From positions 1 to 64,000 of the IMG/VR virus record IMGVR_UViG_3300046532_004322: a stretch of 64,000 nt of DNA. One strand, written 5' to 3'. Shown piece by piece: positions 18,467 to 27,234 of the stretch; within the stretch, counting starts at the first letter, position 1, and every line of letters starts with the position of its first letter. The stretch is from a virus. Both the position numbers and the translations under genes were made by a program. The notes beneath the pieces are model-generated. The model was not told the origin of the DNA, did no database searches, and saw nothing but the letters and a program-made list of their open reading frames with translations.

Positions 18467-18855
18467 TCAACACCCCCTGTTATCGTATTGAAATTCTTAA
18501 CAAACATTTCAGGCGTCATAGCTTTATCATCTACGTACACCGCTGCCCATGTTTTACCTAGTATTAACTCATCATACGGTATTTGGTGTTTTTTGAGAGA
18601 GTGTTTTATTTCCTTCTCTACTTCCTTAGCCACATCCTCAATATTGTTATTACTCCTACCCATACCTCTAGCTGTATGTAGAACCACTCTCCAACCAAGC
18701 TGTTTTAGATTTTTTATCTTCTCGACAACTGATTCAATTGGTTTGCTATTTGCATAATCTCTATCTTTTGTAGTTAATACAGTTTCGTCTATATCAAAAA
18801 CGATTGTTTTGTCTGCACTGATATTATTTTTAATATTGACAGCCTCCAGGATCAA
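18463..18855 (-). CDS. HAD-superfamily capsule-biosynthesis phosphatase (EcbF/BcbF-like); start uncertain
   Basis: FDIDETV, HTARGM, PYDELILGK, YVDDKA. Confidence 0.88.
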   Translation of the reverse strand: MILEAVNIKNNISADKTIVFDIDETVLTTKDRDYANSKPIESVVEKIKNLKQLGWRVVLHTARGMGRSNNNIEDVAKEVEKEIKHSLKKHQIPYDELILGKTWAAVYVDDKAMTPEMFVKNFNTITGGVE

Positions 18856-19315
18856 TTTTATTAAGTTGTCTATTAATTTTTTTCCAGAAGGATTCAGATT
18901 TTTTCCATCTTAATGTTATAACTAAGCTATTTTCCAGGAACTCAAATTCATGAGGAGCATCTGGGCTCCAGTATATGTAATCCCCCTCTTCTTTCATAAA
19001 AAAATCTTCTTTACCGAAATTCATCCTTATCTTACCATACACTATTATGGCAAGGGTTATGTCTTTTTTATTTAAAACTTTCTTAGGCTTGCGTAAAAGA
19101 CCTTTTTTTTCTTTTTGAAACTTTAATTCAAAGTCTTTGGAGTTAAAGTTATTGTCCTCGACGAAAGATCCTATGATCCAGTCTTTGTATTGGTTTTTAT
19201 GAGTAGAAAAGAAATGACCAGTTTTAATTTTAGGGACAAGGGGGGTATTCACAGTTATTGTTCGGGTCTCTTGATATAAATGATCCGTCAGGACATTGAA
19301 GTACGGCTGGGTCAC
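18830..19315 (-). CDS. Cupin-fold protein; start uncertain (probably near 19228)
   Basis: WIIGSF...LAIIVYGKI...EGDYIYWSPDAPHEF...VITLRW. The annotated 5' part overlaps the upstream gene. Confidence 0.7.
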   Translation of the reverse strand: MTQPYFNVLTDHLYQETRTITVNTPLVPKIKTGHFFSTHKNQYKDWIIGSFVEDNNFNSKDFELKFQKEKKGLLRKPKKVLNKKDITLAIIVYGKIRMNFGKEDFFMKEEGDYIYWSPDAPHEFEFLENSLVITLRWKKSESFWKKINRQLNKIDPGGCQY

Positions 19316-20099
19316 AACCAGAGGCTGCCTCGGCAGTCTCTGTAGGGGTTAGGCTAGGAGTAACGGTCTCTGTGGGGGTTAGGCTAGGAGTAGCGGTCTC
19401 TGTGGGGGTTAGGCTAGGAGTAACGGTCTCTGTAGGGGTCGAGGATGGGGGTGAGGCCGATGCAGGGCCACCGTTTTCATAATGCCAGTCTTGGATAAGA
19501 TTAACGGAATAAAGTTGTGAGTTTATACATGGATCATCAGTACAAAGAATTGACATTGATACATCCAAGGGGTAAATTTGCTCACTGGTAAAGCCCATTA
19601 TCCATCCTATATAATCGTCTCTGTCATAAGTTAAGTCGTCATTGCAGTCAAAATAAAAAGTATCTCTATTGTCAAAGGAAGAGTTCGATAATAATTCAAC
19701 ATTAGTTACTTCTCCGCTGGCAGATTCCACGACCTCAGAGAAGCTAACTGAGGCTATTGTATCGTCATCCACGAGGCGAAGAACAATTTGCGTGGGAGGG
19801 CCATTTTTGAACTTTATGGCAATGGGACCATCTTTAATATCAAAAGACGACCAATCGCTTAAAGATAAATTATTGGAGTCGCCAACGGCACCTTCAGAAA
19901 CAAAGCTATAATCAATAGTCTCGGTTTCGGCATTAAAGAAAACGGTAAAAGAACCAACTCCGTCTAGAATGAAAGTCCCACCAGGATTTACGCCGCTTAG
20001 AGCTTGGGATATTTCCGTTAATTGAGTAATTGGGCTATTAGAGAAAAAGCCCGTAGGTAAAAGAGGGAGGGTTAGATCATTTAAAAGTTTTTTTTTATA
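19230..20099 (-). CDS. Open frame (290 codons) with acidic domain, TP repeats and a C-terminal CPDGS Cys module; probably the 3' part of a frameshifted gene with 20081..20530
   Basis: Read by hand, the frame is stop-free from 20099 to 19230. There is no ATG/GTG/TTG upstream of the internal GTG at 19772, yet the extra ~109 codons look like protein (LLNDLTLPLLPTGFFSNSPITQ...). Confidence 0.7.
   Translation of the reverse strand, partial: YKKKLLNDLTLPLLPTGFFSNSPITQLTEISQALSGVNPGGTFILDGVGSFTVFFNAETETIDYSFVSEGAVGDSNNLSLSDWSSFDIKDGPIAIKFKNGPPTQIVLRLVDDDTIASVSFSEVVESASGEVTNVELLSNSSFDNRDTFYFDCNDDLTYDRDDYIGWIMGFTSEQIYPLDVSMSILCTDDPCINSQLYSVNLIQDWHYENGGPASASPPSSTPTETVTPSLTPTETATPSLTPTETVTPSLTPTETAEAASGCDPAVLQCPDGSFISRDPNNNCEYPPCP
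19336..19439 (-). repeat. 30-bp tandem repeat (~3.5 copies) encoding TPTET[VA]TPSL
   Basis: gtctctgt(a/g)ggggttaggctaggagta(a/g)cg repeated. Confidence 0.92.
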
Positions 20100-20530
20100 T
20101 CACTGCACTTGACATACTTGATGCCAAAATCACAGCTTTCATATAATACTCCATACTTTTTTAAATGAGGTCTGTATATCGGGGTGTGACTTTCGTTAAT
20201 TGTGAAGTCACCTTTTCCAGTAAGCTTTACTCTCGTATAAGCAAAATTATATATTTCTTTATAATGAAACGTTTCAGAAAGAGAAGCTTGGACGTCAGCA
20301 TAAAAAATCGTTATCCAGTTAGCGCCCACAGAAGGGTCGCCGTTGGTTACTTGAACGGAAACGGAGCAGCTTAATGGAGATGTATCACTAACTATGAAGT
20401 GATACGAATGAGTATTATACAAATGTATTGGTATATACTCGGTATAATTAACCCCTGAAGAACTAGCTTCAAGAATTGATTGGGAAAAAATTTCTGCTCC
20501 CCGCGACTGAGTTATTTCAGAATAAGACAT
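20081..20530 (-). CDS. Beta-sandwich putative structural protein (5' part of the frameshift pair)
   Basis: SVSVQVTNGD...NWITI...FAYTRVKL pattern. It ends at AAA AAA AAC TTT TAA and has two GTGTAA motifs upstream. Confidence 0.6.
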   Translation of the reverse strand: MSYSEITQSRGAEIFSQSILEASSSGVNYTEYIPIHLYNTHSYHFIVSDTSPLSCSVSVQVTNGDPSVGANWITIFYADVQASLSETFHYKEIYNFAYTRVKLTGKGDFTINESHTPIYRPHLKKYGVLYESCDFGIKYVKCSDIKKNF

Positions 20531-20587
20531 TAAGTGTAATTATGCTTTACGAACATAAGTTACACATCTTTACACTAAAAATCTTAA

Positions 20588-21529
20588 TTATTTTCTAGAG
20601 TCAGCCTCAAGCTTGTTTTTTAAATACCATTCAATAGTTAACTTCAGGCCAACTTCAAAAGAGACTGGCTTGAAATCTGGGAATTTTCTCCTCATTCTTT
20701 CTACATCGAGAACTTTCCTGGGGACGCCATTGGGCTTTGACGAGTCCCAAGTTAAGGCTCCTTCGTATTTTATATATTTTGAAACAAGTTCAGCAAGCTC
20801 AAGTATGGTGGTTCCTTGACCAGTGCCAATATTTATTGGTTCTAAATCATGCTCTAGCTCAACAGATCTAACTATGGCTTCAGCCGCATCTTTCACATAT
20901 AAAAATTCCCTAATTGGGCTTCCGTCCCCCCAGTTGATTGTAAATGGGCTACCCTTTTCCTTCTCATCGGAAAATCTTTTTATTAAGGCAGCAACGACAT
21001 GAGATCGATATTCGGTAAAAACGTCGTTTTCTCCATATAGATTAGTTAAACAAAGATGGTTTCCTTCGATGCCATATTGTTTATGGTAAGACTGTTGGGC
21101 AATTAACTGTATCTTTTTTGAGGAACCATATCCAATAACGGATTCATGCATGGGGCCGCTCCAGAAGTCTTCTTCCTTCATGAAGCCTGCGACATCTCCA
21201 GGGTATGCACAGGCAGAACCAACTGAAACTATTTTTTTTACGGAATTATGAGCCGCAGCTTCAAAAAGATTGGTTGTCATTAATGTATTTCTATTAAAAA
21301 GATTAGCTGGCTCTTCCGTATTAATCTTTAATCCTCCATAGTAAGCCGCAGAATGAATTATAACCGAAGGCCTGTATTTCTCTAGATATTTGTAGGTAGA
21401 GAAATAATCGTATAGATTACATTCGGAGCTAGACGGGGATATTATTGTCTCATATTTTTCCGAACACTTGGAAACTATTTGTCGCCCAAGAAACCCAGAT
21501 CCCCCCGTTATCATTATTTTATCATACAT
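20588..21529 (-). CDS. fcl: GDP-L-fucose synthase family (GDP-4-keto-6-deoxymannose epimerase/reductase)
   Basis: TGGSGFLG, SACAYP, YGSSK, NLYGENDVF...SHVVAALI, WGDGSPIREFLYV, KPNGVPRK. Confidence 0.9.
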   Translation of the reverse strand: MYDKIMITGGSGFLGRQIVSKCSEKYETIISPSSSECNLYDYFSTYKYLEKYRPSVIIHSAAYYGGLKINTEEPANLFNRNTLMTTNLFEAAAHNSVKKIVSVGSACAYPGDVAGFMKEEDFWSGPMHESVIGYGSSKKIQLIAQQSYHKQYGIEGNHLCLTNLYGENDVFTEYRSHVVAALIKRFSDEKEKGSPFTINWGDGSPIREFLYVKDAAEAIVRSVELEHDLEPINIGTGQGTTILELAELVSKYIKYEGALTWDSSKPNGVPRKVLDVERMRRKFPDFKPVSFEVGLKLTIEWYLKNKLEADSRK

Positions 21530-22454
21530 TTTTATATTTACTCCTATTATCTAAGGCTGGAGAGGCATCAATTAATTCTTTAATACCCTGCTCGACGGTT
21601 TTTGAAATTGAAAATCCTGCATCATTGATTTTTTTATAAGAAACCTCATAGTTTCTCTTGTCCTCGTCTTCGCCTATCTCTGCAAAGTGAAGATAGTAAT
21701 CAACTTTATCTTTTATCATTAAAGCTATCTCTTCTTTATTGTAATTATTGAAATCCCCGCCAACGTTAAATGTGTTATTTTTCATTGAGTCGTAATTTTC
21801 AATAGCATATACAATACTCTTTGCCATATCGTCCACATGAATAAAAGTCCTCTTGAATGTTTTTTCAAACATGACGAGAAGCTTATTGTTTATAGCTTGA
21901 TAAACAAAGTCATTAATCAATAAGTCAAGCCTCATTCTGGGGGATAGACCAAATGCAGTTGCAAATCGATAAGCAACCGCACCATTTTCATTTAAAAATA
22001 TTTCTTCAGCTTCTGTTTTAGTTTTTCCATATAAGCTGATTGGGTTAAGCGGAGTCTCCTCCGTACAAATTTCGTTTTCTATAATTCCATAATTAGATCC
22101 AGTCGAGGCATAAACAGTACCTTGATCTTTCGATAGCAATGAAGATATAAGTCTAGACGAATCCACGTTCACGGATTTAGCAAGATCAGGATTTTTCCTA
22201 CAAGCAGGGAATCCTACTATTGCTGCTAAATGAATTACGAATTCAAAATTATGAACGAGGGGTTCCATAAAAGCCTTGTCCCTGGCGTCGCCTTTTATGA
22301 ATTTAAATTTAGAATTTTTAAAATGATGTATTAATGTGTGACCATTATCATACATTAAGTTATCTACGACACAAACCTTATACCCTTTATCGAGAAGTTG
22401 TGGAACTAAAACGGAGCCTACATATCCAGCGCCCCCTGTAACCAATATCTTCAT
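21522..22454 (-). CDS. NAD-dependent epimerase/dehydratase
   Basis: TGGAGYVG, HLAAIVGFPAC, YGKTK, RFATAFGLSPRMRLDLL. Confidence 0.92.
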   Translation of the reverse strand: MKILVTGGAGYVGSVLVPQLLDKGYKVCVVDNLMYDNGHTLIHHFKNSKFKFIKGDARDKAFMEPLVHNFEFVIHLAAIVGFPACRKNPDLAKSVNVDSSRLISSLLSKDQGTVYASTGSNYGIIENEICTEETPLNPISLYGKTKTEAEEIFLNENGAVAYRFATAFGLSPRMRLDLLINDFVYQAINNKLLVMFEKTFKRTFIHVDDMAKSIVYAIENYDSMKNNTFNVGGDFNNYNKEEIALMIKDKVDYYLHFAEIGEDEDKRNYEVSYKKINDAGFSISKTVEQGIKELIDASPALDNRSKYKNV

Positions 22455-23476
22455 AATAAATTGTAATCGTGATTATACATTTTTTCTACCAAGCCCATAA
22501 AAGAACATTTTGGATTCCAGCCTAATTCACTAATTGCTAATGCAGGGTTTCCTTGTAATAAATTTACTTCTGCTGGTCTATAATATTCAGGATTGACTTT
22601 TACTAAAACATTATCTCTGTCGTCAGTAAATTTCTCATCAACATCCTTTCCATGAGAAGAAACTGTTATTCCTGCAACCTGAAAACATGTAGTTATAAAA
22701 TCCCTAACAGTATTGACTTCTCCACTTGATAAGACATACTCTTGGGGATGCTCTTGGTTAAGCATAAGCCAAATGCCTTCGATGAAATCTTCAGCATCAC
22801 TCCAGTCTCTCTCTGCATTCATATTTCCAACTTCAAGTGGGATTATTTCAGTGCCATTCTCTATTGATTTTTTAATTTTCGCAATTGTTGATGTTATTTT
22901 TCTAGTAACAAATTCATAACCTCTCCTTGTACCTTCGTGATTAAACAGGAAGCCTTGAATTGCATAAATTCCATAAGACTCCCTGTATACCTTAACTAGG
23001 TGCCTTGCTGATGCTTTTGATGCACCGTAAGGGCTTCTTGGTCTAAGAGGATGCTTTTCATCTTGAGGTGAATAAATAACATCACCAAATTCTTCAGAAG
23101 ACCCTGCATTATAAAATCTACATTTAGGATGATGCGTTCTAATGGATTCAAGTATATCTAAAACTGAAGTAGAATTAACTTCGAAAGTTTGCTTTGGAAA
23201 GTCCCAACTAGAACCAACAAAACTTTGGGCGGCGAAATTAATAAAATAATCTGGTTTGTATTTTAAGATGGATTGTTCTATGCTATGAGAATCAGATAGG
23301 TCAATATTTACAAGTTTAAAACGATTGCTATTAATATGATTAATGTTAACATGATTTGTAACACTAAGTCTTCTTACCCCTCCATAAATTTTATAATCAG
23401 TATTATTGAGAAGATAGTCTACCATGAAACTTCCATCTTGGCCTGAAATTCCAGTCGTTATTATAGTTTTATTCAT
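22451..23476 (-). CDS. gmd: GDP-mannose 4,6-dehydratase
   Basis: TGISGQDGS, AAQSFV, SSEEFG, PRSPYGASK, LFNHE, FVTRKI, RPAEV. Confidence 0.96.
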   Translation of the reverse strand: MNKTIITTGISGQDGSFMVDYLLNNTDYKIYGGVRRLSVTNHVNINHINSNRFKLVNIDLSDSHSIEQSILKYKPDYFINFAAQSFVGSSWDFPKQTFEVNSTSVLDILESIRTHHPKCRFYNAGSSEEFGDVIYSPQDEKHPLRPRSPYGASKASARHLVKVYRESYGIYAIQGFLFNHEGTRRGYEFVTRKITSTIAKIKKSIENGTEIIPLEVGNMNAERDWSDAEDFIEGIWLMLNQEHPQEYVLSSGEVNTVRDFITTCFQVAGITVSSHGKDVDEKFTDDRDNVLVKVNPEYYRPAEVNLLQGNPALAISELGWNPKCSFMGLVEKMYNHDYNLL

Positions 23477-23508
23477 ACATAAGCATGTTAAAGATTAAAT
23501 TGGAAAAA

Positions 23509-24285
23509 TCAACAAATAGAAGCTTTAAAATAATTATCTTTTATTTTTTCTAGTTTCCATTTTTTTTTAACATCAGATTTAAGCCAAGGATCTCTTTTGC
23601 AAAACAGCCTATTTGATTCTATTTTATGAGATAAAGCTTTGTTAATGTTTTTATATTCAACGTTTCCGAATTCTTGTTGGTTTACTATTCTTTCTAGGTC
23701 TTCGTTTGGTATATGATAAATATCTTTAGGCTTTATATATTTCCGCTTAACTCCTGAATTACTCATGCGATTATAAAGATCGTCATCATCAAATCCGTAG
23801 GATACTATTCTTTCGTTGTATCCATTTATGTTATCAAAGGCTTGTCGAAAAAAATATACCTGACCGTTAAGGTGGTTTTCATTTTCGTTTCTTGCGAGCT
23901 TCCAAGACCCTCTAAAGAAACTATTTGAACTAAGCCGATAAAGATCTAAGAAATTGGAAGGAAGGATTATGTCGGAATCAAGCTTTAGAACCTTGTCGAA
24001 AGTGGTTTGTGAAACGGCAAGATTGTAAGCCCATGACAATACCCACCTGAACATTTTGTCAACTCTAATGAGCTTAATTCTAGAATCATTCAAAAGCTCA
24101 ATATTTTTAATTAAGGGCTTTTGAGAAGACCAATCGACAATTATTATTTCATCTATGTTTTCGACTTTTAACCAATATCTTAAGGAGGATAGTAAATTTC
24201 TGTTTCTATCCATGCAACAGCATGCAATTGACGTCCCTTCCTTACTGGCAGCTTTCACAAGAATCGCCGCTTTTAGAAGCTTCAA
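23509..24285 (-). CDS. GT2/GT7-like glycosyltransferase; start uncertain
   Basis: CMDR, IIIVDWSS, AYNLA, KLDSD (DxD), and GYNERIVSYGFDDDDLYNR (GT7 C-terminal WGxEDDD-like). Confidence 0.85.
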   Translation of the reverse strand: MKLLKAAILVKAASKEGTSIACCCMDRNRNLLSSLRYWLKVENIDEIIIVDWSSQKPLIKNIELLNDSRIKLIRVDKMFRWVLSWAYNLAVSQTTFDKVLKLDSDIILPSNFLDLYRLSSNSFFRGSWKLARNENENHLNGQVYFFRQAFDNINGYNERIVSYGFDDDDLYNRMSNSGVKRKYIKPKDIYHIPNEDLERIVNQQEFGNVEYKNINKALSHKIESNRLFCKRDPWLKSDVKKKWKLEKIKDNYFKASIC

Positions 24286-26680
24286 TACTGCAAGTTTTTA
24301 CTTCTTCGGTATCTGATTTTTCAATTTTAGTTGCAGCCCTATTTCTTAAATAGTAGGTGGTTTTCAACCCATGATCCCAGCAGCTCATGTAAATATCATT
24401 TAAATACTTTAAGGATGTTCCTTTGTTATAAAGATTAAAGCTAATAGATTGATCGATCCATTTCTGCCTAATGGAATTACATTCAATAAGTTTAAACATG
24501 TCTCTATCGAAAGCGGTTTTATATTTTTCTTTTAAGTCTTCGGGCAGATTTCCATTGAGAAGGGATAGATCTCCGTCCACGCTTTTTATCATGGCGGGCA
24601 TTTCAGGAGTCCAGAGATCCCTGTCTTTCATGTCTTTTATAAAGTGCTCATTAGTTATATAGAAATTGCCGCTCTTGTTTTCATAAACAAACAGAACAGA
24701 AAAGTTAGGCTCAATGCTTTGCTCTACTCCATTGATGTAGCCAATAGTAGCGGTAGGGGCAATAGCCATAACGTTCGAGTTTCTCATTCCAAATTCACCA
24801 ACATGAATTCTTACTTTTTCCCATTCTTTAAGGGTTTGTCCATGGCCAGTCAAAGGCTTCCCCGTGACAGAAGATTCGGGTGCTTTCCGCTTACCTTTAT
24901 AAACCATTAGGTTGTTATAAGAGTCTATAGGGAATACCCCTTCACTCCATAATGAACCATTATAAGTCTCGTAAGAACCTCTTTCCTGAGCCAACAAAGA
25001 ACTGGCGTAAATTGCGTGGCAAGAATAAAATTCAAAAATCTTATCGTTAAAAGCTAATGCTTTATCGCTATCGATCTGAATGTTTAGTTTATGAAGGATA
25101 TCGTGAAAGGCCATTACCCCTAATCCTATAGGCCTATTTCTTAAGTTCGACTTTTCAGCCTCCTTTGTTGGGTAGAAATTTAAATCTATAACATTATCCA
25201 GCATTCTAATTGCGGTATAAATGGTATTTTTAAATTTTTCATAATCTATATCGTCTCCAGATTCATTTAAATGATTTAAGAGGTTTATGGATCCAAGATT
25301 ACAAACAGCCGTCTCACCTATTTCCGTTTTTTCTCCTTGTGAGTATTTTGAAGCTTTTGTATGTAGGGTAATTTCAGTGCAAAGATTAGAGCTGTGAACT
25401 ATTCCCTCATGTTGGTTTGTGTATCGAATATTACAAGGGTCTTTAAATGTATTCCAGGGGTGAGACGTTTCAAAAAGAACCTTGAGCATTTTTTTCCAAA
25501 GTTCTTTGGCGGGCATTTTTTTCCAATTGGGTACATGACCGTTTTCGGCTAAATCAATTAAGGCATTGTATCTTTGGTCAAACTCCTCGCCGAAGCAATC
25601 ATGAAGGTCTGTCTCTGCTGGATTAAAGAAATACCAATCTTTTTCATCCTTAACTCTCCTCATGAATTCATCGGGAATCCATGAGGCGGTGTTCATGTCG
25701 TGACATCGTAATCTGTCGTCTCCAGTATTCCTTCTTAAATTAAGAAAGCTTTCGTAATCTAAGTGCCAAGGCTCTAGATAAGCGCACCCAGCGCCAGGTC
25801 TTTTACCTCCTTGGTTGACGGCAATTAATAAATCATTATATATTTTAAGCCAAGGAACAAGTCCACTAGATATACCATTAGTGCCTTTTATGTATGAACC
25901 CGTAGACCTAAAGGGGGTAACGTCTAGACCTAACCCTCCTGCGAATTTTGATTTTCTAGCTTCTTGCCAAGCTCCGTCAAAGATCCCGTCGATACTGTCA
26001 TCGAAAGTATTTAAATAGCAAGAGCTTAATTGAGAATGGGTAGTTCCGCTATTGAATAGAGTTGGAGTAGATGGAGTATAATGAAGCCGACTCATTATAT
26101 CGTAAAATTCAATAGCCTTTTCCTCTTTGTCCTTTTCGTTTTTAGCCAAACCCATTGCAACCCTCATCCAAAAGCATTGAGGAGCCTCCATTACGTTGCC
26201 TTCGTGTTTTATAAAGTATCTGTCAGATAATATTTGTATTCCGAGATACTTGAATAACTTATCATTTCTTATTCTTAAACTCTCGGAAAGTTTAGTTAAG
26301 TCATAATCAAGAAGATCTTTATTTAAAAAATCCAACTTAACCATCTTCTTTATGTTTTGGATGAAGCTCTTTCTATACTGGAGATCAAAGGCATCAGAAT
26401 CCACCCCTTCGTTGAATACCTCTTTGTATAAACAATTCAGCAACATTCTTGCAGCAGCATAAGAATAATTCGGTTCCTTAGATATCTTTTCTCTTGAAGA
26501 TAGTATTAGAGCTTGATCTATTTCGGATGTCGTAATTTTATTGAACAATTGTAGCTGGGCATCCAAGACCACTTCACTGGCAGAAACATTTTCGATCCCC
26601 TCGCATGCCCTTTCTGCACAAAAATTAATCTTATCAACCTTAAACTCCTCTAATCTTCCGTTTCTCTTCTTAACTTGCAT
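24242..26680 (-). CDS. nrdA: Ribonucleotide reductase alpha subunit with an N-terminal ATP cone
   Basis: VKKRNG ATP cone, STPTLFN, LSSC, SNLCTEI, VCNLGS, APTAT, KTTYYLR and C-terminal CESC. No intein or intron is visible. Confidence 0.97.
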   Translation of the reverse strand: MQVKKRNGRLEEFKVDKINFCAERACEGIENVSASEVVLDAQLQLFNKITTSEIDQALILSSREKISKEPNYSYAAARMLLNCLYKEVFNEGVDSDAFDLQYRKSFIQNIKKMVKLDFLNKDLLDYDLTKLSESLRIRNDKLFKYLGIQILSDRYFIKHEGNVMEAPQCFWMRVAMGLAKNEKDKEEKAIEFYDIMSRLHYTPSTPTLFNSGTTHSQLSSCYLNTFDDSIDGIFDGAWQEARKSKFAGGLGLDVTPFRSTGSYIKGTNGISSGLVPWLKIYNDLLIAVNQGGKRPGAGCAYLEPWHLDYESFLNLRRNTGDDRLRCHDMNTASWIPDEFMRRVKDEKDWYFFNPAETDLHDCFGEEFDQRYNALIDLAENGHVPNWKKMPAKELWKKMLKVLFETSHPWNTFKDPCNIRYTNQHEGIVHSSNLCTEITLHTKASKYSQGEKTEIGETAVCNLGSINLLNHLNESGDDIDYEKFKNTIYTAIRMLDNVIDLNFYPTKEAEKSNLRNRPIGLGVMAFHDILHKLNIQIDSDKALAFNDKIFEFYSCHAIYASSLLAQERGSYETYNGSLWSEGVFPIDSYNNLMVYKGKRKAPESSVTGKPLTGHGQTLKEWEKVRIHVGEFGMRNSNVMAIAPTATIGYINGVEQSIEPNFSVLFVYENKSGNFYITNEHFIKDMKDRDLWTPEMPAMIKSVDGDLSLLNGNLPEDLKEKYKTAFDRDMFKLIECNSIRQKWIDQSISFNLYNKGTSLKYLNDIYMSCWDHGLKTTYYLRNRAATKIEKSDTEEVKTCSIEASKSGDSCESCQ

Positions 26681-26706
26681 TTTTTTATTATTAGGGTACG
26701 CTTTAT

Positions 26707-26735
26707 ATCATACAGTATTTTACTATTTAAATCAA
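26707..26735 (-). promoter_or_regulatory. Sigma70-type promoter of nrdA
   Basis: TTGATT-N17-TATGAT on the minus strand. Confidence 0.55.
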
Positions 26736-26753
26736 GGACTAATTTCAAAAAAG

Positions 26754-26880
26754 TTATTCACATAAAAAACTACTTGACATTTTTTTCTTTTTAGATATAA
26801 TATCACTATTGATATATTAATATATATATATTACTATTGATATATTATATATAATAATCTATATAGTTATATATATAATT
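26754..26880. other. Putative replication origin
   Basis: Longest non-coding gap, at a divergent strand switch. It has a DnaA-box match TTATTCACA (26754-26762), the 15-bp direct repeat ACTATTGATATATTA (26805, 26833) and a near-pure AT tract. Confidence 0.5.
26774..26801 (+). promoter_or_regulatory. Consensus sigma70 promoter
   Basis: TTGACA-N16-TATAAT. Confidence 0.7.
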
Positions 26881-26900
26881 TTAAAAAAACAAAAATTGAC

Positions 26901-26929
26901 TTGACCTTTTGGGAATTATTTGATATAAT
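26901..26929 (+). promoter_or_regulatory. Sigma70 promoter of the early operon
   Basis: TTGACC-N17-TATAAT with TGn extension, 11 nt before the ATG at 26941. Confidence 0.78.
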
Positions 26930-26940
26930 GCCCAAATATT

Positions 26941-27234
26941 ATGATTAAATTAAGAGAAAGCGATATAAAACAAACTTATTTTATAACCTCTGCAGACTGG
27001 GAATCTGTGGTTGAGTCTACATCGTTCGATAACGCAGTATCTTCATCCCTCGAAGAAGCCTTTAATATCATTGGTGAAGATTTAAACCTATCTACTGCTA
27101 TTATAGTAGTAGATATGACTAACTTCTGTTTGAATTTTAATGAAACTCACACAAAGGTGTTTTCGACTCCAGAAGTTTTAGCTAATATCGGTAAGCATAA
27201 CCTAGCAAAGACATTTAAAAATATGAATCAATGA
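26941..27234 (+). CDS. Hypothetical protein
   Basis: ORF directly after the promoter, with an ATGA overlap to the next gene. Confidence 0.7.
   Translation: MIKLRESDIKQTYFITSADWESVVESTSFDNAVSSSLEEAFNIIGEDLNLSTAIIVVDMTNFCLNFNETHTKVFSTPEVLANIGKHNLAKTFKNMNQ

Noticed and set aside
19336-19439. 30-bp repeats (also 47868-47974) as a possible CRISPR mini-array
   Set aside because: They are head-to-tail with no unique spacers, in-frame within coding sequence, and no cas genes are present.
20530-20556. 8-codon uORF MFVKHNYT overlapping the ATG of the 149-aa gene
   Set aside because: Too short to distinguish from chance in AT-rich DNA.
5396-24285. Bacterial O-antigen/capsule locus (chimeric contig or host DNA)
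   Set aside because: No flippase, polymerase, ABC exporter or priming transferase is seen. The genes are interleaved with phage-style genes sharing the GTGTAW motif.
348-26680. Intron, intein or homing endonuclease in nrdA/nrdB
   Set aside because: Both ORFs are of normal length with contiguous motifs.
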